Positions 10,580-21,201 of a stretch of 31,973 bases of DNA are shown here, piece by piece. Numbering within the stretch: the stretch's first letter is position 1; the number at the start of each line of letters is the position of its first letter. The translations under genes were made by a program, and so were the position numbers. The notes under the pieces are model-generated. The model ran no database searches. It was not told the origin of the DNA and saw only the letters and a list, made by a program, of their open reading frames with translations. Location of the stretch: positions 124,001 to 155,973 of the forward strand of contig NW_027191495.1 of NCBI RefSeq assembly GCF_011745625.1, written 5' to 3'. This DNA comes from Cladosporium halotolerans. Lineage: Eukaryota.

Positions 10580-10900
10580 TCAAACCATGCGATCCTCCCT
10601 CCTCACCTTCTCATGGCCCTGCGACGTACCCCTCGACCCAATCTCCGCCTTCTCATTGTTCTTACCAAACGTCTCGCCCTCTTCCTCCAGCGTGAAACCA
10701 TACTCGCGGGCTTTGGCGTCGATCGCTTCGTTGTCCAAATACGGCAATTGCTTCGCAGCCTTCACATACGACATGCTCTCGACGTAGCCCTTCGAGAATG
10801 ATGTCGATCTCCTCCAGAGAGCGGCCCTTCGCCTCGGGGCATAGGAAGTAGATACAGGGGACGAAGCAAAAATTGAGGGTTGCAGAAACAAACATATGAG
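10580..10900 (-). pseudogene. 3' fragment of an MFS sugar porter (STL1-like): last TM helix plus cytosolic tail, frameshifted
   Basis: Two overlapping frames join near 10797: ATLNFCFVPCIYFLCPEAKGRSLEEIDI / FSKGYVESMSYVKAAKQLPYLDNEAIDAKAREYG. This matches the sugar-porter PETKG-x-LEEI motif and tail. I can see no upstream TM1-11 coding sequence. Confidence 0.8.
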
Positions 10901-11384
10901 AAGGGGGGTGTGGAATTCAAGGTAGAGCTAAGTTCAAAGCCAAGTCCATCGCGTCTCCACCCCCATGGGCCTTATGGGCCTCAACGTCGTTCACTCCACA
11001 TCCCACGTTATTGCGAACAGGGTTCAGTGTTTGCGCTCACTGCCCTGGGCAATTATTCGGAGATTTGCCTGACACTATCTCCATGTTAGGTTACAGGGTA
11101 CACAGAGGTACCTTAACTTACCTCACTCATCAGTATGACAAAGATTCCTGGTCTTCGGAGCAGGTTTACCGTCGAATGAACACATGAAGCATTCCTCTAG
11201 GCATTCAAACTGATGTTGATGTATTTCGAGCGCCCGCGCTCCTATCAGAGGCCATCCAGACCCCGTCCCAAATGACTCTCGTGTACTGAGGATTCGTAAT
11301 ATATCAAGGCCGTCAAAACACGCTCGCTAGATCGCTGTCAAAGCAAGACACACTACTTTCACCCAACAAGGATCATCATCTCCT

Positions 11385-13703
11385 TTAGTAAGGCGCAGCC
11401 TTCTCTCCGCCGCCGTCCACAGCCGCACCAGAACTCTGGCCCGCTCCATCTGCATCTGGCGCATCAGCGCCCGCATCAGCCTGGCCCTTCTCCTTAGCTT
11501 GCCGGACGAGATCTGCAAGGCCTCCAGAGCCGCCAGTCTTCGAAGCAAGACCACCGAGCTTAAAAGCTGCCTTTGCACCAGCGGCTTTGGCGACTTCCCT
11601 GGGCTGGTCGAGAATGCTTGAGTGCGAGCGCAGGTCCTCGCGGTGTTCCACGCGCCTGTTTAGATACAGAGTCGCCGCGCGACCACGGCGCTCCAAGATG
11701 CGCTCCATCTCGTCCTGATACGCCTGCTCGTAGATATTAATGTCGATGCCCGGCGGGCTCTCGCTCATTGGGAGGTGCTCGCCGTCCGGCATGTACGGCG
11801 CGTCGGAGCTGGAGCCGATGTGAAGGTACAGAGTGTCTCTGAGGGGATCGTGAGCGTGGCCCTTGCGATTCTCTTCGGAGTCGAAGACGCGGCCGCGAGC
11901 CTCGCGGGAGTCTGTTGATTTGGATTTTGAGGGGTAGATGACGAGAGGGCCTTCTTCGCCGTCTGGACTGGGGGAGATTTTGACGATGCGATCCATGCCG
12001 GCTGGGAGTTTCTCCATTTCGTCATTGATGGGGATGTGTCGGTGTACGCCTTCTCGTGTGAGGGCAGATTCGACTGCTCGGCGGTCGTGGATGTCGAGGC
12101 TGCGGGATTCTGCCGGCGTCGGGCTGCCGCGGTATGATTGTGGTGGAGAGACAATTCTCGAATCGCGCCCGAACAGGCCGTCCATCATGGACGGTCTTTT
12201 GCGGATCAGCAGCCGCTTAAATCGTTTGACAGCTCTCATGACTACCATCAGGTTGCCCATGTTGCTTGTGATGGCGTGGTTCATTTCTTTCTCTGTCGGC
12301 GGCTCCACTAGATTCGAGCAGTTCTCTTCGGCCGACAGCAAGGGATCCTCACCATTTCGCGTTACCCACGGGTGTTCCTAATACTATTAGTATGTCGAAA
12401 GACCAGAATCTTCGCAGGTCTCAAGGTGACTTACTCTCAATGCAACCATGGGTATACGCTTCTCAGGATCTTTCTCGAGGAGGCGATGCATAAGGTCCGC
12501 GAAGTTCTCGTCCTGCTCGTTATCAAGGTGCAATCGGTCCCCTCGTATGCTGTCGTACAGCTCCATGATATTGTTCTTCTCGAAAGGGATATGACCGTAT
12601 CGCAGACAATAGAGGGTGACACCCATACTCCAGATGTCCGCTGCACGTCCGCTCACCTGGCCGTGCTTCGCAACGCAGAGTTCAGGTGGCATGAAAGCTG
12701 GCGAGCCGGCCGACTTCGCAGTTGCCATGTCAGAAGCCTTTTCAAACATCTCACTGACTCCGAAGTCAACGATCTTAAGGACATCGTCGTTGGTTATCAA
12801 GCAATTGTCCGGCTTGATATCGCGATGCACTACTCCTTGGGCGTGAAGGTACTCAATACCCAGGATCATGTCGCGAAACCAGCAGCGGCATGCCTCGTTC
12901 TGATAAGGCTCGGCGCGCTCGTCCAATCCAACCTTCATTACCACACCCTTCTTGCACATCTCTAACACCATATAGAGCGAGTCCTCATCTGGGTCATCCA
13001 GAACTTCGTACAGAGAAACCAAGTTGTTGTGGCTGAGCTTCTTCATGATCGCAATCTCCTCCTTGATCAGATCCAACGAGCTACTGTCGATCTTGGAGCC
13101 CAGTCGATTGTTCGAAGGTGACATGTGCATAGGCGAGTTGAAACCCACTCCAGCAGCGAGATGCCCAGGTCTTCGCCGCTGGTTGCCCTGGCGTAGAAGA
13201 TGCGACTGCGCACGCTTTCGAAGGCGCGATTTGGAGAATTCTTTGACTGCCTGTGCAGCACGAGCGATCCGTCAGCTACACTTGCATGGTACGCTAGCTT
13301 TTACAAGAGCTTCCGTAGAACGTACAAATTCCTGGCCATACTGGTCGACAGCGAGATGCACGGCGCCGAAGCTGCCGCGGCCGATCTCCTGCTTGATCAC
13401 ATATTGATTTATCCTGTGCACAGCTGCACCATCATCGTCACTGCTCCCGTAATGCGTTCGGGCATTGAGTGTTTCCTTGACAGCCCCGCTGCGGGAGGGC
13501 GTACGGCGGTGATGTCGGATGGGGCTCTGGTAGGAAGGATTGGACAAATGTCTGATCATCTGCGGGCGGCCGCTTTCGGCGGTAGGGGGAAAGTTGATAT
13601 GGATGCCATGACTGGGCAGGATGCCATGGGCTGCTTCGACCTCGGACGGTGATCGCGTGCGCGAGTGCGGGGCACTATCGCTGTGACTGTCGGCGGTCGC
13701 CAT
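11385..13703 (-). CDS. cmkC: Ca2+/calmodulin-dependent protein kinase kinase (CmkC-like); exons 13703-13326, 13250-12435, 12377-11385
   Basis: INQYVIKQEIGRGSFGAVHLA, AVKEFSKSRLRKRAQS, EEIAIMKKL, HRDIKPDN, DFGVSEMF, GSPAFMPPE, DIWSMGVTLY, HPWVT. Both introns are GT-AG and phase 0. Confidence 0.9.
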
Positions 13704-14136
13704 GGTCGCTGCAGTGTGGCAGCATCGGGCGGACGGATGATACAGGAGGGAGTGGGTGAGGATCGTAGGAGCTAGGCGAGGGCAGCAGGGAGCGCAAAAG
13801 CTATATATTCGTAGGCGGCATGGTGGTGAAAGGCTCAGCCCTGTGGTGGGGATGCAAGGCAGTGGGTGGAGCGTGGGAGCGAGCTTCGGAGCGAGCGATG
13901 GCACAAGGCTGAGAAGCGGCAACGGCGGGGCGCCCCTGTACGGCCACCAGCCTAGCCCGACTTCATTAGCTGACCAGGCCAATGGCATTCGCCCTCCACC
14001 CGTGGAATCGTGATACTCTATCCAACACACGGCAGCACCCTGGCACAGCCGCAGCGAATCTACAGTAGTATCAAGCGTCGAGACACGCCATCTTGTTGCC
14101 ACCCGTGTGTGCACTGCATTGTCCAGCCTCCACAAG

Positions 14137-14727
14137 ATGTCGGTCTATTCGTTCTACATATTCGACCGCCACAGTGAGTCCCATGCTGCGCATTTCGCCT
14201 GCTGCCATGCTAATACTTCGCAGCCGAATGCATCTACAGCAAACGGTGGGCACAAGCGGCAATACAGCGAAACTCCGCTACCAGCGCCTTGAGCAATGGC
14301 GACGTTGCACCAGCAACCCGCAAAGCACTCACTGTTGAGGACGATGCCAAGCTCATCTTCGGTACGGTCTTCTCACTACGCCGCATTGTCCGTCAGCTAG
14401 GTGGCGATGACGATTCGTTCCTCTCGTATCGCACTGGAGAGTACAAGCTGCATTACTTCGAGACGCCCACCCAGCTGAAGTTCGTCATGCTCACGGACAC
14501 CCGTGTCGGCAACATGCGTACGGTGCTTCATCAGATATGGGCCACGCTCTACGTGGAGTACGTTGTGAAGAACCCACTGGCACCCATCGAGCACCCGAAG
14601 GGCGTGGGAGTCAGCAACCAGCTGTTTGAAGGTGGCCTTGAAAGTTTCATTGTAAGTGCTCTCGGGAGACAGATCGTCACATAAGCTGATCTGGGTTCAG
14701 AACACGATATTTTCTCCCCAATCATGA
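14137..14727 (+). CDS. BET5: TRAPP complex subunit Bet5/TRAPPC1 (sybindin-like); exons 14137-14173, 14224-14651, 14701-14727
   Basis: MSVYSFYIFDRHTECIYSKRW...KLIFGTVFSLRRIVRQL...YRTGEYKLHYFETPTQLKFVMLTD...LYVEYVVKNPL. Introns GTGAGT..GCTAAT..CAG and GTAAGT..GCTGAT..CAG. Confidence 0.93.
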
Positions 14728-15607
14728 CGGGAATAATGAGTACTGCAATATTGCCTGACGACACAATGCCGCACACCGACCAGAGAACCCGTCCCACGGT
14801 GAGACGGAGCTCACCATCTCGCACTCTGGCAACCGTTCAAGCCGGATGTCTTTGCAAGTCTAATTGAGAAAAACCACAGATGGCTTTCAGCCCTGCTGGC
14901 CACATGCCTACACTGGCCCGGCTTACGAGCTCGCCTGGTCGCCGCCACGCTTTGCGCATGAGATACTCTGAGGACTTCCCACGGCCTCATTAGGCCTTCT
15001 CTCATCCGTCGCTATCAGATCTTGGATATCACCGCCAAGCTGCTGGCACAATACGCTATGAGATGGCTACCAGGGCGGGGCAGTTGACGACGGCGAACTG
15101 TTTGCGGATGATGCGGCCGATCAAGAGACAGAATTGATGCGTGTGCTTCTCAAAAACGAGGCTTGAACGTCGCAGTCGTAGCGAGCAGCTAAATCGTAAA
15201 ATTACAGGGCGGAAGCCCTACGACACTACCTATCAACAATCCTCCTGTCTCGTCTCATAATTAATCACAAGACATGTGATCTTGATAGCGTTCCGGCGCG
15301 CGACTTGTGGCGTATAGCTCGAGAGATTGTGATTGTACGGACCCAGTCAGATCCATAATAGGATATTTCTTAGAGGTGCTACAATTTACCATTTTCTCAA
15401 AACATGGTGAGTCCAATTATGCCGCAAGATAAAGTTCGTAGTTCAAAACAGGGATCTGCTGATTCCAGCCAGCTCCAGCCAAAACGGCCGCATGACGATG
15501 GCTGCAGCGGGGCTGGCTGCTGGCTTGCTTTCCGCCATGCTGTTCGGCGTGTCCGTCTGCCTGGACCACAACAACTGTTTGAAAACTAGCATCACGCCTA
15601 ATACACC

Positions 15608-16712
15608 ATGTCCGCCAAGATTCAGAAGGTGATTGCGCGCCAGCAATCGAGGTGAGCGGATCAGCAGACATTCTTCCTACTCACGTCACCGCCGCTAACG
15701 ACCGCCAGAATCGAAGAGGGCGACTACTACGAGGCACACCAGCAGATCCGAACAGTCGCCAACCGATATGTCCGCTCGCAAGACTACACTTCGGCCGTCG
15801 ACCTCCTTGGATCAGGTGCCGGTATGCTGCTCAAGGCCGGCCAAGGAGGTTCCGGCGCGGACTTGTGCGTTTACTTGATTGAGGTATACAATAAGGCGGA
15901 GATGAAGCCAGACGTCGCGAACAAAGCTCGCTTGGTGAGCCTGCTGCGGTCGTTCCCTGAGAATGAGCCGAGCAAGAAGAAGTTCGTGGGTGGAATTACA
16001 GAGTAAGATCAGGACACTGCACATGAGAGTATACCAGTCATAGGCTAACCCAACGCTCAGATGGTCAGCCAAATACGGCGAGTTCCCAGCCGGCGACCCC
16101 GAGTTGCACCATGTGATCGGCTCTCTCTTCGCCGAGGAAGGCGAGGTCTACGACGCCGAGAGGCATCTCACCCTCGGCACCTCAGACTCCGCCCAGGTCT
16201 TCTCCGACATGGAATACGACTGGTACAGCAGCGACGAGCCCTCCACGGCACCCTTCTACGCAGCCCGCACCGTCCTCCCATACCTCCTGATCGGCAACAC
16301 GCGCGCGGCCAACAAAGCCCTCCTCCTCTTCACCTCCAAGCTGTCCTCCTCGCACCCCGGCCTCGGCGTGCAAAGCATCTCATCCTCCGCCTCCGACATC
16401 CGCATCTACCCATCCCTCCCCCTCCTCAACTTCCTCGGCCTGCTGCTCCTCGCGATCCAGCGCGGCAGCGCGGACTTTTTCAAGCAGCTGAAGTCGCACT
16501 ACGCAAGCAACCTGCAGGAGGCGCAGTGGGACGACGTGCTGGCCCAAATCGGCGAGATGTACTTCGGCATCAAGATCCCCAGCCAGAGCAATCCGATGTT
16601 CGACATGATGAGCAGCATGCTGATGGGCGGCAACAACCCGTTCGCGGCGAAGAAGCGCGAGCAGAAGAGCGTGGGGGGTTCGGCACCGCCCTCGGCGCCG
16701 GCGTTGGATTGA
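15608..16712 (+). CDS. GET4: Golgi-to-ER traffic protein 4 (tail-anchored protein targeting); exons 15608-15651, 15709-16002, 16061-16712
   Basis: MSAKIQKVIARQQSRIEEGDYYEAHQQIRTVANRY...GQGGSGADL...WSAKYGEFPAGDPELHHVIG...PLLNFLGLLL...IGEMYFGI. GT-AG introns with GCTAAC branch sites. Confidence 0.95.
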
Positions 16713-17137
16713 GGAAGTCGGCGGATGGTGTAGAGAGGTAGTGGTCAATGAACGATATATGGTTGACGAACAAATTCAGAATTGATTCTATTCGCTCGCT
16801 ATAGCGAGCTCGGTTCGGAGAACATGCCATGCAAGCGGCCCTCACATGACGAGGCTCGCGAGGGTGGCAAGCTAGCTTTCACCGTGTCTGCGATCATACC
16901 CATATTCCGCAGGGTTCAGTGAGAAAAATCGAGAGGAGTGATTCGTTATAGAAGTGATGCCTAGCGATGATTCAGCCCTCTGCAGGATCCGGATCCGCTC
17001 GGATTTAAGAATCCTACGGAGTTATTGTTCGGACTCGCGTTCATCATTTGCAGCCAGGCATGTAGACATAGTTTAGCGTAGCACATCCCAGCCAGCGACA
17101 AACCACTTCTCTATCTGTGACGATTTCACTCAGCAAG

Positions 17138-17638
17138 ATGACAACTTACCACGTTTCAGTCCATGATCTTCTGCTGCGAGTTCAGGAGTTGGAAGTAAAC
17201 GACGACGACAAAAGCCTGAATCAAGACCTTTCGCTGGAGCAAGACTACACATACTACAACCGCGATACGCGCAGAGATTCTGTTGTTTCTCAGCTCACCA
17301 ACATACAGCTCGAGCAGAAGGCAGGTCATGTGGGAAAAACACATGTCGCCCAGGATCGACCAACTAGGACGAAGACGGTTTGCAGTAAAACCTAAACCAG
17401 CTGTCGAAGAAAGCATTTGATCAAGTCAAAACGTCTTTTTTTCTCAACCCCGTGGATAACCTGGAGCGACGATACTCGAATTCTACCCATCCGCGAACCT
17501 CCCAACGCGAAACTGAGACAAGAGGTATTGGATTACCAGCACTGCTGGGCAAACCACGCTGCAAGGATCTCGTTGGAGCATTCCATGAATCTACTTGAAA
17601 AGAATTTGCCGCACCCAGGACCGGGGCATAATGCATAA
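17138..17638 (+). pseudogene. Interrupted ORF of unknown family (weak resemblance to the region preceding fungal SRR1-like domains)
   Basis: ORFs 17117-17395 and 17417-17638 lie in the same frame, separated by one TAA (17393-17395). ATG at 17138. The family resemblance (LRQEVLDYQHCWANHAARISL) is from memory and weak. Confidence 0.35.
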
Positions 17639-17647
17639 TAGCTGTCT

Positions 17648-18969
17648 CTATAGAGAATCCAGACTCTGTGTATCTCCAAAAGTCCGGCCGAAAAAATCCT
17701 CCAAATTAAAGAAACCCGCGCCGTTTGACTCGGTATTCTGCTCTTACTCATCCAGCTCGCCCGATACTGTGGGAAGATACTCCACAATACCTTTCGATTT
17801 TTTCGGTTGATGGGGAGCCCCGAGGTAAGACGCAGGCATCAGATTGCCAATCTCAGTCCATGCCCTACTTAAGCTTCCTTGCTGTTGTCTGCCTCGTCAG
17901 ACAAAGAAGGGATCGGATTTGGATGTCAGCGGCAGATACTCGCTTTTGAATCTGTCTATTGATCTAGTCCTCGTAGGTCTGGATTGCAATTACTACTGTC
18001 TCGCGGGCTTGAGAGCTGTTCGCGACGTAAGCCCACGGTTTGACGGGGTCGATACGGGAGACGCAGGATATCAACAATAGAACTAACACGATAGAATGCC
18101 GCGAGGGATTGGCAGGCCCGAAAGTCCGCATTGCCATATGGTCGTCAGAGAAACATGGTTTGTGAAGAATATCGTAGGTGCGATCGTAAGTGTCAAGGTA
18201 TAGTTGCACAAGCCGGTCGGTCTCTTCACGCTCGGGGAAGAGAGTGTGAAGATCTTCGTCTCGTAGACTGATATGCTATCTGACCGCAGTTTTGATGCTG
18301 GACTCGAGAGCTTCGATGTCCTAATCGACGCGCTTGAAGGCAGGTTGTGCTTCAATTGCCTCTTTGGTAAACAAGCTTAGGTTTGGTACATGCGCAATAA
18401 GCACTCGAGAATGCGTTGTGCCAGAAAATTGCGCAGCATAAGATTTCTCCCGTAGAAGCATGGTCTCCCGATCATTGATGCCAGTCCGAATTTCTTGCTT
18501 TTGCACGAATTGAGGTGTTAGAGGAGCCCTAGAAAGTCCTTGACATTGGAACACGGCAAGCCCAGCCAAGCTACATGGCTTTGCTAATGCCGTCTCAAGC
18601 TGCTTGATCCGAGAGTCCTTGTATTTTAGCTTCGAAACTAGGTCATCCATCGTCTCGCTAGACGATACGTCTAGTACAATCCGGGTAGTCAGCAGTTCCT
18701 CACATGCCTGATTGTCCGTATGTGTCGTCTTAGCTGATCTCTCTGTCACTTCAACATCGTCGGAGTATATAAAGGCTGAAGCCTGGCAAGCTTTGGTGCA
18801 TCTGCTACATGCCGGTATTACGGGATCAGTGTACACCTCGACAGCGGCAATCATACTTGAAAAAAAACCCTGCGTTTGTGTATCTTCTCATGCCCATGCC
18901 ATATTCTGTTCGAGGCTTGGAGGACAAAGAAAAGCGGGGGCGTCCAACGTCAGACGTATTTGCAAGCAT
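17648..18969 (-). pseudogene. Degenerate Zn(II)2Cys6 / fungal-specific transcription factor gene
   Basis: Broken Zn cluster (KRRV..YDCRCR../..VIPACSRCTKACQASAFIY), then ETMLLREKSYAAQFSGTTH..LIAHVPNL, LFPEREETDRLVQLYLDTYDRTYDILHKPCF (start of a Fungal_trans-type region), IVLVLLLI, ANSSQARE, and after a frameshift RAWTEIGNLM. In-frame stops at 18321-23, 18276-78, 17964-66 and 17744-46; frameshifts near 18825-18860 and ~17867. Both ends are approximate. Confidence 0.8.
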
Positions 18970-19505
18970 ATCGATCGAAGGCAGCATTAGAACTCTGTAT
19001 TTTTCGTGGCTGTCAACGTAGCTTCTACCGTCAATCATTGGCGAGAAGGAGCTGTTGGAAGTGACGAGAGGCAGTGGAGGGATATTCCAAGAGACTCGGC
19101 CGAGGGCTCGGCTGTCGGACTTTCAGACGGAAATCGAAGTACATTGTACGTATACAAGTGGACAAGAAACGAGATATTACATAATTGATATCTCGACCAA
19201 TTCGCAATCTTTCCGCACGTCAATTATCATGGTGTTGTATTGGGACATGCTAGACTATTTAGCTTTGCAATTGGTCAGATGCAATTCGGTCTTTGTCCTA
19301 CATATCAAACCGGCGATGATGCCCACCTCAGACCTCACTACAACTACTTTCCGTCCGATATCATCGTCTATCTTGACTCAAGACGAGAGTAATTAATCCT
19401 ATTGTGTAGAAAGCTCGAGTTTTCTCACTTTCACCGACAAAATGGCTCAAAACCCCAGAATTTGACGAAAAATAGGGCAATGTAAAAAATTCTTGTCGGT
19501 GTCAC

Positions 19506-19510
19506 AAAAA
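19506..19510 (-). terminator. RNA polymerase III oligo(T) terminator of the tRNA-Gly gene
   Basis: TTTTT on the minus strand 4 nt after the tRNA 3' end. Confidence 0.8.
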
Positions 19511-19514
19511 TCGA

Positions 19515-19617
19515 TGCATCGACCGGGAATCGAACCCGGGGCCCAGGCAGTTACACGAGGGTGTACCTCGACCATCGGAGATGGGAAGCCTGGATTTTAC
19601 CACTAAACCATCGATGC
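19515..19617 (-). tRNA. tRNA-Gly (anticodon CCC) with a 32-nt intron (19550-19581)
   Basis: GCATCGA-TG-GTTTAGTGGTAAAAT-C-CAGGC-TT-CCC-A-[intron]-T-GCCTG-GGCC-CCGGG-TTCGATT-CCCGG-TCGATGC-A. All stems pair and the intron is at the canonical 37/38 position. Confidence 0.95.
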
Positions 19618-20079
19618 GATAACGTGATTCGTCGCTCGATACAAAAGGTTCGAGAATAGCACACATATTGCTATTAAACTTGCACGGCGTCTCCCCATGA
19701 CAAATGGAGACAAATAGGAAGATCAGAACGGACAAAACTCGATATGGATGGATTTTGGGAAGCGTAGGACCACTGACGGCTTCGCAATGGCCTGCGGAAG
19801 GAAATCGTTATCAAAGATGATTCCAGACGAAAAGATAAAAGAAAACGTACACGACATTACATTAAAGGGGCTACAAGGCAACATGTGTAGACAAACGAGA
19901 GGCGACATGTGATCATAGGGCTCAGCATCAGAAAGAAAGGGCCATGAAGCCCATCATTGTGGTATCTATGAACTGACATCACCTCACCACATTTCATGCA
20001 ATCGTGACCTCAAAATGCCCGCTAAGAACGCCAGAAACACCACGCCATTAAAACAATGTCAACAAAGGACGTCCTCCCC

Positions 20080-21201
20080 TTACAAAATCTCCTTGAGCTG
20101 CTGCTTTTGTTGAGGAGTCAAAGTCGTCGGGTACTTGATCTTTACGCCGACAACAAAGTCACCTCTCTGCGAAGGCGTCTTGCTCTTCGGCATGCCTAGC
20201 GAAGGGAAACGCTCTTCAAATGTAGGCTGAGTGGGCCCGGCGCTACTAACGCTGACCTGCTTGCCGTCGATCGTGGATACTTTGCGTGTCCAGCCGGTCA
20301 GAGCCTCCTTCAGATCGATCTCAACGTTGTGACGGATATCATCATTCTCGCGGGTGAACAAAGGATGCGTCTTCTCTTTGACGATGAAGTGTAGATCCTG
20401 CACGCCGCCTTCCACTTGATCGCCCATGTCGGGGTACTTGATCTTGGAGCCTGGCTTCAAGCCTCGCTTGATGGGTACGCTGAGGATCTTGTCTTCAACG
20501 CTCTGCTTGCCGGTGACCTTGTCGAAAGTCTTCCGTTGTACCTTGAGCTTCTTCTGTGCGCCGTTGAAGATATCTTCCAGCGATACCGGCAAAGGCTTCT
20601 CGACAACAGTGGTTTCAGGTTCAGGCTCTCGTCTTCTTCCGCCACCGAACGACGAGCTGGAGGTCCTTCCACCGCTCGGTCGGCCACCCGCGCTAAAGGT
20701 GCTGCCTCCAAACGGCGATCCTCCAAATCCAGAGAAGATGTCGTCCATGTCGTCTCCGCCTCCACCCATCGAGGCGCCGCCTCCCCTCATGAACTCAGCG
20801 AAGATATCCTTGGGATCCGAGAACCCGCCAAAGCCTCCTCTGCCGCCCGGTCCGCCGCCTGTGCTGAAGTGGAATGTCCTTCCTCCTCCTCCGCCAGGCA
20901 TGCCTCCGAACCCGCCTGGCATGCCGCCGCCGCCTGCGAATGGATTTCCTTCGTCTCCCGAAGGCGCAGGGCCCGCCTTGCCTGTAATGAAGTCGTAGCC
21001 ATAATTGTCGTAGTTTCGTCGCTTCTCGGGGTCGGACAGGATCTCGTAGGCTTCACTTGCTTCCTTGAACTTCTCGGCGCCGGCAGGGTTCTTATCAGGG
21101 TGGTTCTTTAAAGCGTTTTTGCGGTACGCTTTCTTGATTTCTTCAGCTGAGGCGGAGGATGACACGCCCAGCAGGTCATACAGCTTGGTGTCAGACACCA
21201 T
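20080..21201 (-). CDS. SIS1: Type II Hsp40/DnaJ co-chaperone Sis1 (Psi1-like); intronless, 373 aa
   Basis: J-domain [13 protein letters not shown]...HPDKNP...[11 protein letters not shown], long G/F- and G/M-rich linker, no zinc-finger repeats, C-terminal LPVSLED...[10 protein letters not shown]...GMPKSK..RGD. Confidence 0.95.
   Translation of the reverse strand: MVSDTKLYDLLGVSSSASAEEIKKAYRKNALKNHPDKNPAGAEKFKEASEAYEILSDPEKRRNYDNYGYDFITGKAGPAPSGDEGNPFAGGGGMPGGFGGMPGGGGGRTFHFSTGGGPGGRGGFGGFSDPKDIFAEFMRGGGASMGGGGDDMDDIFSGFGGSPFGGSTFSAGGRPSGGRTSSSSFGGGRRREPEPETTVVEKPLPVSLEDIFNGAQKKLKVQRKTFDKVTGKQSVEDKILSVPIKRGLKPGSKIKYPDMGDQVEGGVQDLHFIVKEKTHPLFTRENDDIRHNVEIDLKEALTGWTRKVSTIDGKQVSVSSAGPTQPTFEERFPSLGMPKSKTPSQRGDFVVGVKIKYPTTLTPQQKQQLKEIL

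Noticed and set aside
13704..14135. N-terminal extension of the CaMKK ORF in the ORF track
   Set aside because: Starts at a non-ATG codon and spans the shared promoter with BET5. The ATG at 13703 is the more plausible start.
269..16712. EMP47, BET5 and GET4 as a secretory-pathway gene cluster
   Set aside because: They are interspersed with unrelated genes and show no shared motif, so chance co-location of housekeeping genes is sufficient.
20416..21111. Long antisense ORFs and GGC/GGA repeats in SIS1
   Set aside because: These reflect the Gly-rich linker of Sis1, not a separate repeat or gene.
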